Assembly: GCA_973895155.1 (NCBI GenBank) | Contig: OZ316898.1 | Coordinates: forward strand, 14,290,330-14,354,329 | Origin: Marsupella aquatica | Taxonomy: Eukaryota > Plantae > Marchantiophyta | Direction: 5' to 3' | DNA: 64,000 bases | Shown: positions 47,591 through 60,690 of the stretch, piece after piece | Layout: every line of letters starts with the position of its first letter | How positions within the stretch are numbered: position 1 is the stretch's first letter | Notes under the pieces: generated by a model | Database searches by the model: none | Seen by the model: only the letters and a program-made list of their open reading frames with translations | What the model was told of the DNA's origin: nothing | Translations under genes and position numbers: made by a program

Positions 47591-49379
47591 ATTAATTTGT
47601 AAGGAAGTGCTTAGAAGTAGGGATGAAGTAAGGGGGTAACAATTCAAAAAGTCCCACTTTTCATCACACAATTCATTGGTTGCCACATGTCAATAAATGA
47701 TTGGTGGGTTTTGTGACCTTCCTATTCCTTTTTGAGAGAGTGATTAAATCAACATGCATGTTCGCAGATGCATGTATAACAAGTTCCGTGATCCTAAGGT
47801 GAACTTGGGAGGTAGCTAGGTAGGTACCAATTGTCTCAGTCCCTTAACAATAGAACTTATAAAGCGCCAACTACAAGGTAGATCATGTGGATGAGAAAAC
47901 TCATGACCAGTATGTCAAATAATAAGCATGTATGCCATTTGTCATGATTTATACGTACTATCCTCTATTCATGTTTGTGCAAAGAACAGGTAATGAAGGC
48001 TAGCTAGTATGATATGTCAATGGAAGGGTAATTTAAGGATTAATAATCCGTAATCTAAGGATTTTGAAGGTTGACCATCATTAACAAGTGTGACACTATA
48101 TAAGAAGTGATCAAGAGTAAATACATGCCATTCTATATTCAAGTAAGTTAGATTACTTTTGGTGACAAGCAGATAGACTCTGAATTGATGTGTGTAACTT
48201 AACATTTTACAAATGAAGCTCAATTACATTTCAAAATTTATTAAAGTTTGACGAATTGAAAAGCGGATTATGTACGTATTTATAAAATCAAAATCAAAGT
48301 AGAATCCCTCGGCCCTCCCTCTTTTGCTACATGAAGTGAACCCCCCTGAGAACAAACCCCCCCCCACCCCCCATGTATATCGTTTGATGCATTAAAAATG
48401 CCTTGTTATGCATGTAAAAACATTACTTATCCTATCACATTAGATCCTTTTGTAAATTAGTACTAGAAAATTATTGTTCTTCCTGTGTTAATTTGTCTAA
48501 AACTCTGGTAGCTTATAGACTTCATGAAGGTAAACAAACTAGTACTAAAATGAATTAACAAAGGGAATATTAGGCTACACTATATCCCTAGAGGAATATT
48601 CCATAGTCTACATTACTTATTTAAACTTCAATATATTGCGCCATTACTCTATCTTCATTTAAGAAGGGGGTATCAACCAATGACCTATTTTCAAATGGTA
48701 CATTGGGGGTCCTTAACCCCAAAACAAATTGACATGAGCACGTAAGATTGAGGCAGCAGGGTATTTCAGGGTCACACAATAATTAGTATGTGTGACACTA
48801 ATCTTGTGACATTTGAGATGGCTGATGTCGTGGCCAGCCCCTATAACCAGCTGGTATGCATTTGGTGAACTGGAATGCCATTAAAAAGCTTGGATGACAA
48901 TTCTATTTACATAGACCATATTGTAAGAAAGGATGGGTCGGATACAAAATAAATAAAGACCTAGACAGGGCCCAACAACAATTTCAATGTCCCAACAATA
49001 ATAAAAAACATGCACTTTGAACCAAAAATGTCAATAAACTCCCGGAGTAAGCTGCCCAAGAAAGAAAACCATACACATGAACTTCAAATTTGAATAGCAT
49101 AAGCATGAATTCAACATGGTGAGTGACTGCCTTAGAGGGATTAGAGGCAGTGGCCCCGGGCTTGCAGGGTCAACGATAAGGTTTCCCACCTACTGTAGCA
49201 CATTCGCTCACATGCAACAAGGATGTTTGAATGCTTTCTCGGAGTCATGAATGCCATGGGCCCCACCTAATTATGCACAGTATTCAACATAATAATGAAC
49301 TTCTCCAATCGTCCTTCCGACAATCCCACCGCACACATCCACCTCCTGAGGAATTCTGAATCGACTTCGTTGCAATATT

Positions 49380-52300
49380 TTGTACACAGGAACGATAGTG
49401 TGCACCATGACGCCAGAACCGAAGGAACGATGCACCTGTCAGTACAAATGTTCGCGCTTACGGGATGGGTATGATTTTGTGAGCCCAAGGAATCGAAGAC
49501 GACATGCAAACTATGACAAGACAGGCAGGGTCATTCCTGCAAAGTTTTTAGTGGACCGTGGGCATCCGGATGGCCATGGCCTATCGCATCAAGACGGTCA
49601 TTCTGCCAGCTTCTTAGGTGTTCAAATGTCCCGACAAGAACACAGATATACAGCCCCAACTTTGTTGTACAGGGCACTTACAGGAGGAGACGGGAATGAT
49701 GACGTTGGAAGAAACGATTTGCAGGACCTGGATGTTGATGGGATTGGTCAGACGCTTCCCATGCAGTATGGTATCCACATAATGCCTCGAAGAATACTGA
49801 CCGTGGACGAAGCAATTTATCGACAGACTTGGAGATTACAATCAATGCTTGACGAGGCTAAAATGCCTCAGGCATTGCAGGATAGCATTTTGAAAATGCT
49901 ATTCGGGAAGATTCAGATTCCCCCATCTACAAATTTGACACCTTCACCCGACCCTCCATCCGACATGGCAAATGTAGGACTGGGCGCACTCCTAAGGCAC
50001 GTTGGTGTGATGTGGGACGGAGGACGCCATGGAATTGATGCATTGTCATCATTCAAGGGTTTGTGTGGCACGTTTGAGGCATATGGTATGCCAAAAATGC
50101 AGCGGTGGAGAATGTGTATTGGACAGAAGCCAAACTGGCATGCTCCCGTAGTCCTACCGCCGTCGCACCAAGATGACTACAATGTCTGAACTGGACTGAA
50201 GTGCAGTTGTTCAATCGCAGGGACGAAGTGGCATCTAGCCAGGGATTGTTTGCGTTGTTCGGAACGTTGCCCATTGGATGGTTGCAGCACGGCTCGCAAG
50301 GAGATGCTCCGGTTTGAATATTTCCCCATTGGTCCCATGTTGCGGAAGTTATGTAGCAGTCGATCTGTTTGTCATGAGTTCCAGGCAATGTGGAGGGACA
50401 AAGATAAGTGGTTTAAGAAGGATTCCATGCCCAGACCTGTGTACAAGGAATGGGGGGATGGCTACCGTGCTTCCGAGCTATCCTACTTTTGGGACACTGG
50501 CACACAGTTTGAGATTCCCGTGTTATGCCGAAACTGTTATGCTTGCTATTCAACAACACCAAATAAATGTCCTGAGTTGTTGGATACTGCCAACTGGGAT
50601 AATGTCAGCAAACAATACGACTTCCAATGCTCAGATTGTGGATCTCGAGTCACGGCCCCGAAACAATTTGCAAAGGTTAGTGATTTCTTCTTGCGTTACT
50701 GTTGTTGCGCACTTTTGTATGACCAGGGTATGGTCTGGGTATTTTTAGGGTATTTATGGGTTATGATAGAGTAACTTTTGTCTAACTAGTGTGACCCACC
50801 GCATGCAGGGTGATCCCCAAAATATTGCACTCATGGCACACTGGGATGGATTTCAGTCTGCCAAGACTGCCCACAAAAGCACCTGGACTGTAGAGGTCCA
50901 AGTTTTAAGCGCCGGGTCTCAAACCAAAATTCCACCTATCCCTGTTCTTTTTATCCCGCCATGTGATGACGACGACGTAGGAAAAAAAAGCTGAAATGCT
51001 TGGATGCTTTCTTAGAACCATTCATAAGAGAACTGGAGGAGTTGTTTGTGGATGGGATAGAGGTGGATTACAATTACCCTGTGGAATTATTGGCTGAAGA
51101 GGATAATGTACCGAATGACTCCAGGTGTGTGCTACGAGCACTGTTAGCAGTTTTCACTGGAGATCATCCCGCACAATGTAAATTTGGGGGCTGGAATGTT
51201 ACAGGTTATTCCGCTTGTAGGAATTGTAAAATGAGCACTCGATGGATGAAGTGCAAGTTTGATCATCCTCGAAAGGAGACTGACCAATCACAACCCCGAG
51301 GTTTTCTGGGAAGGGCTGTGTATGACAACAATAGGATGCAGATGAGATATCCACCACCTACACGGAAAATTGAAGAGGTGAGGGAGGCGGCCAGGAACGT
51401 GACCAGGGCAGGAACAACTGCAGAGAGGATGAAGATAAGCAGGGAGTTCACGCGATTCATATTGTATTGTCTGCCTCATATCCTCCAACAGATGGACATT
51501 AGTGTCCACTCTGACCTTGGGACGCTTGGGATTCTTTTGGTAGAGATTGCACGCCTCTTTTATATCAAAAGTAGACAAGAGGGTTGGACTACAGCCACAT
51601 TGAAAAAAGGCAGGTCTCTACTGGCTTCTTGGAGAGTTCGCTCAGAAGAGGCTTGGGGCCCAAATGGAGCAATTCTAGAGCATGTTGCTGGTGAGTCATT
51701 TTGTTTACACTTGCTACATGACCATGATGACAGTGGGTATTCATTGTTGGTCGATCCATCATTGCACTAAGGTGATTTTCTAATCCCAATGTGTTTTGAT
51801 CCCAATTTTTAGGGAGCGGAGAGATATTTGATGGGATAGAACGACATGGCCCACACTATGTTTATTGGTGCTACCACTTTGAGAGGATGGTATCAGACTA
51901 TGGACGCACCAGAACAAATCAGAAGGACCAGGAAGTCACTTATTCTCTTCATTTTGCACGACGCTTTTTCACAAAAATATCGTCGTACATTTGGGAAGAT
52001 GACGATGGACTTTTCCCTCATCAGAGGGCTTTGGAGAAAGTTCATGCATCCCTGCGTGTACCTGCAGAGCATCGTAAGGAGCACAGGTGCAGAGTCACTA
52101 TACCACCATCTGAATGCCCACACTGGCACGGGAATTCGGTGCCAATAGTTTCAAGTCAAATTCTAGCGATGGAATTGTGGGATAGTATGATATCCTCTAT
52201 GGAGTCATATGGTTGCAAGCACATGTTGTTGAGCAAAGGGGTTGGCATAGGCTCAAACAGGAAGCTGACAAAGAAACTGGGGCTGTCCGCCAGGATGTCA

Positions 52301-53190
52301 TTGAAGCAGCATTGGACAGATGTTGGAGTATTCAACATCAGTGAGGACCACGAGATTAGTGAATCTTGCACTCCATTGCGATCAGCTGTGTGGAGAGCTG
52401 AAGTGTACAGGCCTGGCGATCACGTTGTTGTACTGGTAGATGGGAGTACAGATGCTTCACATCCTCAAAACTGGAAAGCAGTACTCCAAAAGATTTTCAT
52501 GCACGAATTCGATGGCCACATGGACATATTCTTTGAGGCGGATTGGTATAAACAACAGTATACACAGGATCCTCGGCGAAATTTATTGTCTTGGGAACGA
52601 GATGAGTATTCCCTGTTTACTCTTTTGGAACCAAAAGTATATCACGCACATGGCAACAACTGTAGGCCTATGTCAAGAATTCTACACAAGTTCTTCCCAA
52701 TTCGAAGAGGCGGGAGGGAGGTTGTAGCCTTGGAGATTGGAGATACTTTAGCACGGGAACTCCCTACCACAATTGCAAACTGCCCTCCTTTCCCAGAGGT
52801 AGGGGACATAATGATTGCAATAGCGGACTCACTTTCTGTCCCTGACCTGTGTGTTGTAAGGGAAGTCCTCCTTCCCAGGCGCGATGCGGCAACGGAAATG
52901 CAAGCGGGGGATGTAGGAGTGGACGGTGCTTCTGACGGGGAGAAGGAGGAGGAGGAGGGAGGGGATGACATGGCAGAATCGCACAATGCAAATGATAATG
53001 AGAAGGACCTCAGGAAGGTTGGTGTGAGCTGGTTGTCTGTATAGGGTTCTCGGTCAAGTTGCCCAATCTACAAGGCAGCGTCACAAATTGATGAACACAT
53101 CACCTTTCAAAGATTAGTTGCGTTGAGGCTTGATTTTCGTGCAATTGGACTTCACCATGGTATCCCTGTACGGTGGAATACCGTATATTA
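49380..53190 (+). pseudogene. CACTA (Transposase_21/TnpD-like) transposase, spliced, disrupted
   Basis: Motifs NIALMAHWDGF..STW, LEPFIRELEELFVDGIEV, TGDHPAQCK..GYSACRNC, HGP..YWCYHFER, and a C-terminal BAH-like region. Introns 50676-50808 and ~51690-51811. Stop at 50187 and an A-run frameshift at ~50985. Confidence 0.85.
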
Positions 53191-53937
53191 ATACCATGGA
53201 AAGTCCCAAGTACGACAAAAAGAAAGATACTATGGGATATGACAACACTTGAGAGGCGCCGTTTTGTCAATAACTGAATACTGACCAGGATGCAGACCGT
53301 AGGATGTGTGAGATGCAGGTCAGACGTGAGCCTGTGATGGTGACGCTATGGTGCTTCGCACGGGGTATGATCGGGGACGGCACGGGTCACGAATATCATT
53401 GGATTCTGGGTCGGACGTGACATAATGGATGGGTATTACCAGGTTACTTGCGAACGTGATAAAATGTACGTTGGGGTAGTGAAAGGGCGGTGCCACCGAT
53501 CGGAGATAGAATCTTTGTTGTGAGATCTACTACTGAAACTGCAGTGACTAAATGATGCATGCCACTGCGCACATGAACGCCCTATGAGGAATTCCTTATA
53601 AGCTTTGGGCAATGGTGCGAGCTCCTGAGCTCCAGTCTTTGATTGTGTAGGTTTCGTAGATCTTTGTGGCTGACAAGTCTGCCATTGGATAACACTTGGG
53701 GTGTTAGCGACGGAAGCAAGTATTGACGAGCGCGGGGTGACGTTGGAGGATTGGTGAAAGTATGGTTCGTTGACATGATCATCCAGCGCCGGTCGCATTG
53801 TTGATGCAGAGCGACGAGGATATCACAGATCGTATGTACCCCTCTTTCACTCAACTCCTTTGGTTCTTAATTCCGCATGAAGTATATTGATCGATTGTTA
53901 GAATGGCGCAACTAAGGCCTGCTTTGTTTGTAAAGTC

Positions 53938-56900
53938 GTGACGGAGACGATTTGGAAGTCATGCTCGGGGAGGGTAATACGGCATTATCTAGGGATGGCC
54001 CCTGCAGACCATAATTTAGCTAGAAAAGCTGGTTTGGTTCCATGTTTTGAACTCGACTGGCCCAGAGTTGCAATTCCTGCTGTAAAGGAGTTCGTAGTAG
54101 GGTATGATCAAGGTCGAAACTGTGTGTCATTTCGGGGTGCAACTCACACATTCAACAGAGAGGTATTGCGAGCTGCATTTGCTTTTCCGTCTGGAGAATG
54201 GGCCCGATTTAAACCTGGGTTGGTCCAAGGTCAACTAAATTCCATGTTTTCTGCCAAGACGAAAGGCAACCCATACAGTCTAGACAAAATCACTGCGCCA
54301 TATATGCAGTGGTGTGGGATAATCAAGGCGATTTCTGAATTGCTCTCAGGCAAGAGCAAACCCACTCAGGTCACCTCAAAAGACATGTGGGTATACTGGG
54401 TGTATTGGTGGGATACGATTAGGGTACGTGATCGTTTTAGAGGAGCTGAAACTCCCGTGGTGAAGCCCGATTGGGCACATTTGGTGTACGATAATCTGAT
54501 GAGTGAGATCCTCAGGTTAAAGTCACACCTATCGAAGAATGGTGTCGTAGACAAACGACTTCCTTGCTACTGTGGCACTGCTATAACGCAGATTCTTGTA
54601 CACTACGGGTATTCGCTGGAGGAGCTTATGGTCGAACAACACGAAGATGATCATGAGGAGGACGACAAGGAGAAAGGGGACAATGGCTCACAAGAGGACG
54701 AGGAAGGGGAGGCTGGCTCAAAAGAGGACAAGGACAGGGACAGTGGCTCATAGGAGGACGAGGAAGGGGATGACGGATCACGAGAGGACGAGGAAGGAGA
54801 AGATGGCTCACGAGAGGACGAGGAAGGGGATGGTGCGTCTGACGGTGAGGGGCAGCCATCAGAGGTTGCGCCCCAATTCTCCAGGGATGAACAGAAATGT
54901 CCTCAGGGTGAGCACAAATCGCCGCCCTCTGTGCCAGAGTGCATGCGTGTTCTATCACAGCACATACGTGCGCTAGAGGTTGATCTTGCAGAAAAATCGG
55001 ACATGCTACGAGAAGCAGTGGAGAATCATAAAAAATTGGTCCTCAATTTGATGAAAGAAAACGACAGACAGAGAGTCCGCATATTAGAATTGGAAAGGCA
55101 GGTTGGGTTGCATTTAGAACAAGTTGGCAGTGAGACATCGAGTGGAGAAGGTGAGAGCGGAGGTGACGAGAGATGTTGTGAGGTTCTGGTAGGTCTTGGT
55201 GCCAGGGTACATGCAGGTTATGATGCAGAGGCATCACAATGTAGCCCAATTTCAGAGTTACCGCCAGTTTCTGGTGTTCCAGCTATAGTAGAGGTACCAG
55301 CAGCAGCACCAGCAGAAGCAGGTACTTTCCCATTTTATTATCCTGGTGTTCCAGCTATAGTAGAGGTACCAGTAGCAGCACTAGCAGAAGCAGGTACTTT
55401 CCCAATTCATTATCCTACTTCAAAGATACAGCAAGAGGAGTCTATGTCGAGTGGAGGTGACTCACCAGTTTTGGTAGAGTTACAGGCAGCCGCACCACCA
55501 GTACTGGCAGAGGTACCGGCATCAGAAGAAGAGATGTCACTTTTAGAAGGAGAGGCACCAAATGCTGCACCAACATCAAAAGTAGAGGTCTCAGCTATAG
55601 AGGAGGACAAATCGTCGGGTGCAATTGCATCAGAAGTACCAGGGTCACCTCCGATTTCTGTTCTATTTCATGTTCCAACTAAGAGTCCGGGATGGGAGGC
55701 TAGGACGAGTCACATTTCACAACAACCAAATTTGCCTCGTGCTTCAAAGAGAGGGCGAGAGGACTCTATTCCGAGTGGCAGTCACTCACCAGCGAAGAGG
55801 AGGGCTATCGAAGTGGAGGAAGAGGAAGAGGTAGAGGAAGAAGAAGAAGAAGAAGAAGATGAAGATGAAGTGGAGGATGACGAGCATTCAGAACAAGACA
55901 TTCACTGGGAAGAGTGTGCCACAGAGAGTGGAAAGGTTAGCAATTTTTTTCCTTTGTTGTGTGATTACTGTTTTTTCAGAAACAATGTTCAAGCATATCT
56001 AACTTGGCTGTGAGCGGGATCCGCAGATTGATATCCAAGGGTCTCACTTGACAGAGGAGGCATGCCCTCCACCTGGTACAATGACTACAGCTCTATATCC
56101 ACACCAACGGATTGGTCTTGCATGGATGTTGGAACACGAATCCGGAAAAAGCTCTCCAATTGGTGGGATGTTGGCGGATGACCAGGTACAAAAGCCCCCA
56201 AATTAAGCCGAAGTCGCACTCATTATTTTCATTCAGCGGGATACTTTGGGGGTATTTTTGGAGTATGTTAGGGGTACGCGCGCACCTTGTCTGCAAGTGA
56301 GTGGGTCCCTGACCGTTTTCTTGGCTTGGATTTTTTTAGGGAATGGGGAAAACCATGCATGTCAAAGCGCTATTTCTCGCGAATCGCCCTCATAAGTGTG
56401 GGCCAACTCTAGTTGTTTGTCCAGCCAGCGTGGTGATTCAATGGGGCCAAGAAATAGCTGCAAGGACCTCCAAGATAGCAAAAGTGAAGGTCCTCCTCTA
56501 CCACAACAAGAGGAATAAAGACATCAACTTTATTTCAAGCCATGACGTGGTTGTCACTACGTACTCAATCATGACAGGGGAGTCTCCCATTGCTCCAAAG
56601 ACGTCCAGCGTGCCAAAAGGGAGTATGAAGAGACCTGTAAAAAAACCTAGACTTGTAGGTCCACTGTTTAAGATTAGTTGGCTTAGAGTAGTCCTGGATG
56701 AGTGTCATGTCATGAAAAATAAAACTAGTCAAAATTTCAAGGCCTCGCGTTGTCTCAAGGCAGAGAGGAGGTGGTGCCTAAGCGGTACACCCATACAGAA
56801 CGAGGCTTCTGATCTGTTTCCTTACTTCAGTTTTCTGAGGTATTATCCTCTAGGAGAGTGGAATTAATTCTCGCAGTTAAAGAAGCTGCTGAAGACAAGG

Positions 56901-58719
56901 CCAAAGATAGCGAATGGCATCCTCTTGAAACACTTGGTTGCGATTGCGCTCAGGAGAGACAAAAGTAAGCGTGCATGCATATATCATGGTAGAGTTCACT
57001 TTGTTTAATCCCAAGCCTGATTTCTTTATCAATTGTGCATTTACCCTGCCACTGTGCTTACATGCAGGCATACTCCCACTGCCCCCTAAGATGATCGAGG
57101 TGCAAATTGTTGAATGGAGAACACAGCAAGAACGAAACGCTTATTTTGATCAGGAGGAAAAGAGTAAGGAGTTATACAAGGTACGTAAGGCTCTTAATAA
57201 TCCCCAATGTTGAAGACGTATGAGAGTTCAATTTGATCCCTTGAAGGTGTCTGTTCGGTGGCAATTAATGTGCCTATAATGTTGTAGGAATTCCGTGACG
57301 CCGAAAGAGGTGCCTTATCGAATGTGTTGAGCGTTCTGCTCCGGTTGCGACAATTTGCAGTGCACCCAAAACTTCCTTCCTTATGTAAAATTCGCGAAGA
57401 GGAGATCGGGAACAAAGTGCAAAGAACGCCCCTTAGTGAGCCTCAACGAGCCCGACTCGTGTCAGAGTTTCAGCAATTGAAGATTGGAAGTGCTTGCGTG
57501 GACTGCAAGGTGACTACAGTCACTCTATGTATGGGGTATGATTGGGGTATTATTGGGGTATGATTGAGGTATTTCAATTAACGTGCTTTGCCTAACAATT
57601 TCTGCACGCACTCACTTTAACGGTTGGATTGTGCAGGGGGGCTTGATTGGAAGTCCATTTCAGATTTCTGGCTATGGCCATGTATACTGTGGCATTTGTG
57701 CAATAGACCGGGAAGCTGGAACCTGCAAATCGGCAAAATGTTCAAAATACGTGACAGCCCAGGTCCTATACAGGCCAGCTGATTTGAGGCTAGTGAATGG
57801 TGGTGCGGAGTCAAAAGGGAAGGCGCGAAGAGAATATGATGTCCGACACCCACCTTCTCCAAAATTTGATGCAGTCTTGGAATACCTGAAGTCGATTCCG
57901 CTGGACACTACAAGACAGGGCAGCAGCGAAAGCTTTGTGCCCAGGCAGAAGGCTCTTGTTTTCTCACAATGGACTTCGTGTCTCAACATGCTTGAGCCAC
58001 ACATTCTGAAGGCTGGTCTAAAGTTCACAAGGATTGATGGAGGAATGAATTCCAATGTCAGAGAACAAGCCTTGAATGATTTCAAGACGACCCCAGAGGT
58101 ACAACCGTCATTATCCGTGCAGATCGGTGTCTGTATTTGTTCAAAGGGTAAACTCTTCATATTCTAATTAAACTGTTTCTACTCATTTCATGCAGATCAG
58201 CATTATCCTCTTGTCCTTGATGGCAACGAACACAGGACTCAACATCACTGAGGCTACACATGTTCTTATGGTAGACGGGTGGTGGAATCCCACGGTAGAG
58301 GACCAGGCCGTCGATCGGTCACATCGTATAGGGCAAACAAGGCCGGTGAAAGTTGTCAGGTTTATCGCCAAAGATTCGATTGAGTTGAAGATTTTGGAGC
58401 TGCAGGTAAGATTAGAAGTGCTTGCGTGGACTGCAAGGTGAATAAAGTCACTCTGTGTATGGGGTATTATTGGGGTATTTCAGTTCGCGTGCTTTGCCTA
58501 ACAATTCCTGCACGCACTCACTAGTAATGATGAATTACAAATTCCATATATGTGGTCTCTAATTGTACGCATGTTGCATGTTTTGTGCAGAACAAAAAAC
58601 GAGTGATGATCAGGGACATCATGTATGGCTGTGCAACCGGGAAAAAAGATAACATGGAACAAAATCTGGAGTTCATTCTGGGAGAGAATCGGCAGCAGAG
58701 GTTCAATGCATCAGAGTAG
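53938..58719 (+). pseudogene. Fusion gene: PMD/Transposase_32-like domain + acidic/coiled-coil linker + SNF2-RING-helicase (RAD5/RIS1/CHR27-28-like)
   Basis: 53938-55935 is one frame with a single TAG at 54751. Phase-0 introns 55936-56026 and 56186-56339 give LYPHQRIGLAWM..GGMLADDQ-GMGKT. Later motifs: VVLDECH, WCLSGTPIQN, LLRLRQ, split RING, KALVFSQWT, WWNPTVEDQAVDRSHRIGQ. TAA at 56865. Confidence 0.85.
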
Positions 58720-59313
58720 CTAGATGAGTTTTAGCTAAGGCTCTCTTCGGTGCTTGAGTCAGTTAGGCAGTGACACTCTTACTGTTCGTTTACTTGTCAG
58801 TGCCACTCTCGTTTCCTCCCGTTGTGATTTTAGTGCAGCGGGACAACGATGAGACTAGGAGGACAGAGCCTGAGTGGGTCTTTCCTTGCCACATATGTAC
58901 CTGTTCGAGCCTCCTGCGGGAGCATTATGAATTGAACACTTCATCTTTGAATCATGTCCACTGTTTCTCATGTCCACTGTTTCTTTGGTATTCTTTCTTG
59001 TGTTCTTTTGTGTGTGTTTAGGGTTTAGGTTATGCACTTGCAAGACACACCGAATGATTACCCTAGGGACATAGGTAATTTACAAGCATAGCAGCCCGTC
59101 CACTACAAGGAGATTTGGTTCCCTACTAAATATGGGACAAATACCTTACCATGAATCGCTTTGATAAGAGGGGAATGAATTCCCAACTCATCTTCTGGAA
59201 ATTACCCCCAATAGTAAGGGGGCGGGGAGCATGAGGTACGTTGGGGTTAATTTCCCTACTTACCCCATATATTCCCCTCTTTCAAACTCCTAACCTTGCA
59301 GATCTTCCTTGTG

Positions 59314-60690
59314 CAGAAGGGCTTTGGTGAGCACAAGTGGAGAGTGCGGACGTGGGATGAGGGAGAGGAGTGTCGAGGTCATCTAGAATATCAGTGATTT
59401 CACTAACTCTGGACATTCTTTTGTCCAATTTTTGATCATGAAATTTCCAACACCAATTATTCTTTTCCCTATAACTTGAGTTCTAGAGTACATTGTATGT
59501 TATGCATAGATTTATTAGGAGTAGCTTGTTAAGCTTCATATATCTTGATCAAAAAATTTCAAATATGATATTGATAAGTCTCATATTTATCTACAATTTA
59601 GTTGATTTCAATTTCCAAAAAGTTGTTATGAAATTTCCAAATCGTTAATAATATTCCAGAATTAGTGAAACTATTGATGAATGCTTAGAGTGTAGGAAGA
59701 CTTATGGGAATGCAACCAATTCACAGGTGCTCAAGTCCATTGCAAATTTCTTTAGCAATTTCAAGACAAAGCACATGACCAACCCTAAACACAAGGACAA
59801 TTGGTGGAAGCAAAGGGGTATACCTGGGGCTTTGGTAACGGCTGCTGACACTATACAACAGCCATTGTTTGATCATAGTATGCAAATAGGGGCTGGTGTG
59901 GAAATAGTGGGAAAGTTGAATGCAGAGGTAGGTGGGCCCATGGTAGAAGTGTTCTCTATCACACCATCTCCCACTAATCCAACATTTGCACAGAGGTCAT
60001 TCCTGTTTAAGGTCAGATGCATGTATAGTCTGTGGCAAGCTACATACTGACATGTGCCCTAAGAAATCCAATTTGGAACACAATTTAAGGCAACACCTTG
60101 TCTGTCGGGATCATATGGATGCACTTGAGAACGTCGTCACCAGTACCCAGGCTGCACTGAGGGCAGGGAAGAAGGGGAGACCAAGGAAGCCTGATGCTCA
60201 TGATCTGTTTCCATCTCAAAATTCTATTCTGAATTTCTTTAGAGAGGACAGCTCTGCTGCAGGGAGCAGTTTAGGCAGAGGTGGGTTGTATTCCTCCATT
60301 GAGCCAAGTTTAAGTTTGCTTTGTTGGGGTTTGTGGGAGTCAGAGGTGAAGTGGACAAGGGATTCTATGGCTGTGAAAGGCATACTTGATGATCAAGAGG
60401 GAGGAAATGTGTCAGTGGGATTGTGACCGTACATCCTGTGCTGAGGTTTTCAATGTAACTAGTCAGTTAGTTGTTGGTATATAGGGTGTTTTAGGCACAA
60501 GCAATGTCACAAGGTGTCCATTAATGGAGGTGGTTTTGAAAACCTCACTTGCACTCTATGTGATTCTATAAAATGTGAAGATGATTTTTGTGGCAGGGTG
60601 CATAGGGAAGCGGAAGCATTAGTGCAAAGAGGAGACATGACTACACAGGGTGGGATGAGGTTGGCATACAAAACCGAACTGAGGGAACAC
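59314..60690 (+). pseudogene. P-like transposase copy 2, continuation after the CACTA insertion; truncated at ~60690
   Basis: KGFGEHKWRVRTWDEG..HLE/CLECRKTYGN, FSNFKTKH, SFLFKVRC, LSLLCWGLW and GGGFENLTC align with copy 1. Confidence 0.9.
59390..59678. mobile_element. 289-bp MITE with ~28-bp TIRs and a 4-bp TSD
   Basis: Ends ATCAGTGATTTCACTAACTCTGGA / TCCAGAATTAGTGAAACTATTGAT; TSD GAAT at 59386-59389 and 59679-59682; removal restores HLE-CLEC. Confidence 0.88.

Larger units (their letters stand above)
27774..59313. mobile_element. Giant CACTA/EnSpm-type DNA transposon (31,540 bp; ~22.3 kb without the solo LTRs)
   Basis: Imperfect ~30-bp TIRs CACAAGGAGGATATGCATGG / CACAAGGAAGATCTGCAAGG (reverse complement); 3-bp TSD CAG at 27771-27773 and 59314-59316; removing the element restores the P-like frame WVNQ-KGFGEHKW; contains a Transposase_21-type gene. 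Confidence 0.92.

Noticed and set aside
56027-58719. Ordinary host RAD5/RIS1 gene
   Set aside because: It lies inside the CACTA TIRs, is fused to a TE-type domain and shares the element's GGGTAT motifs in its introns.
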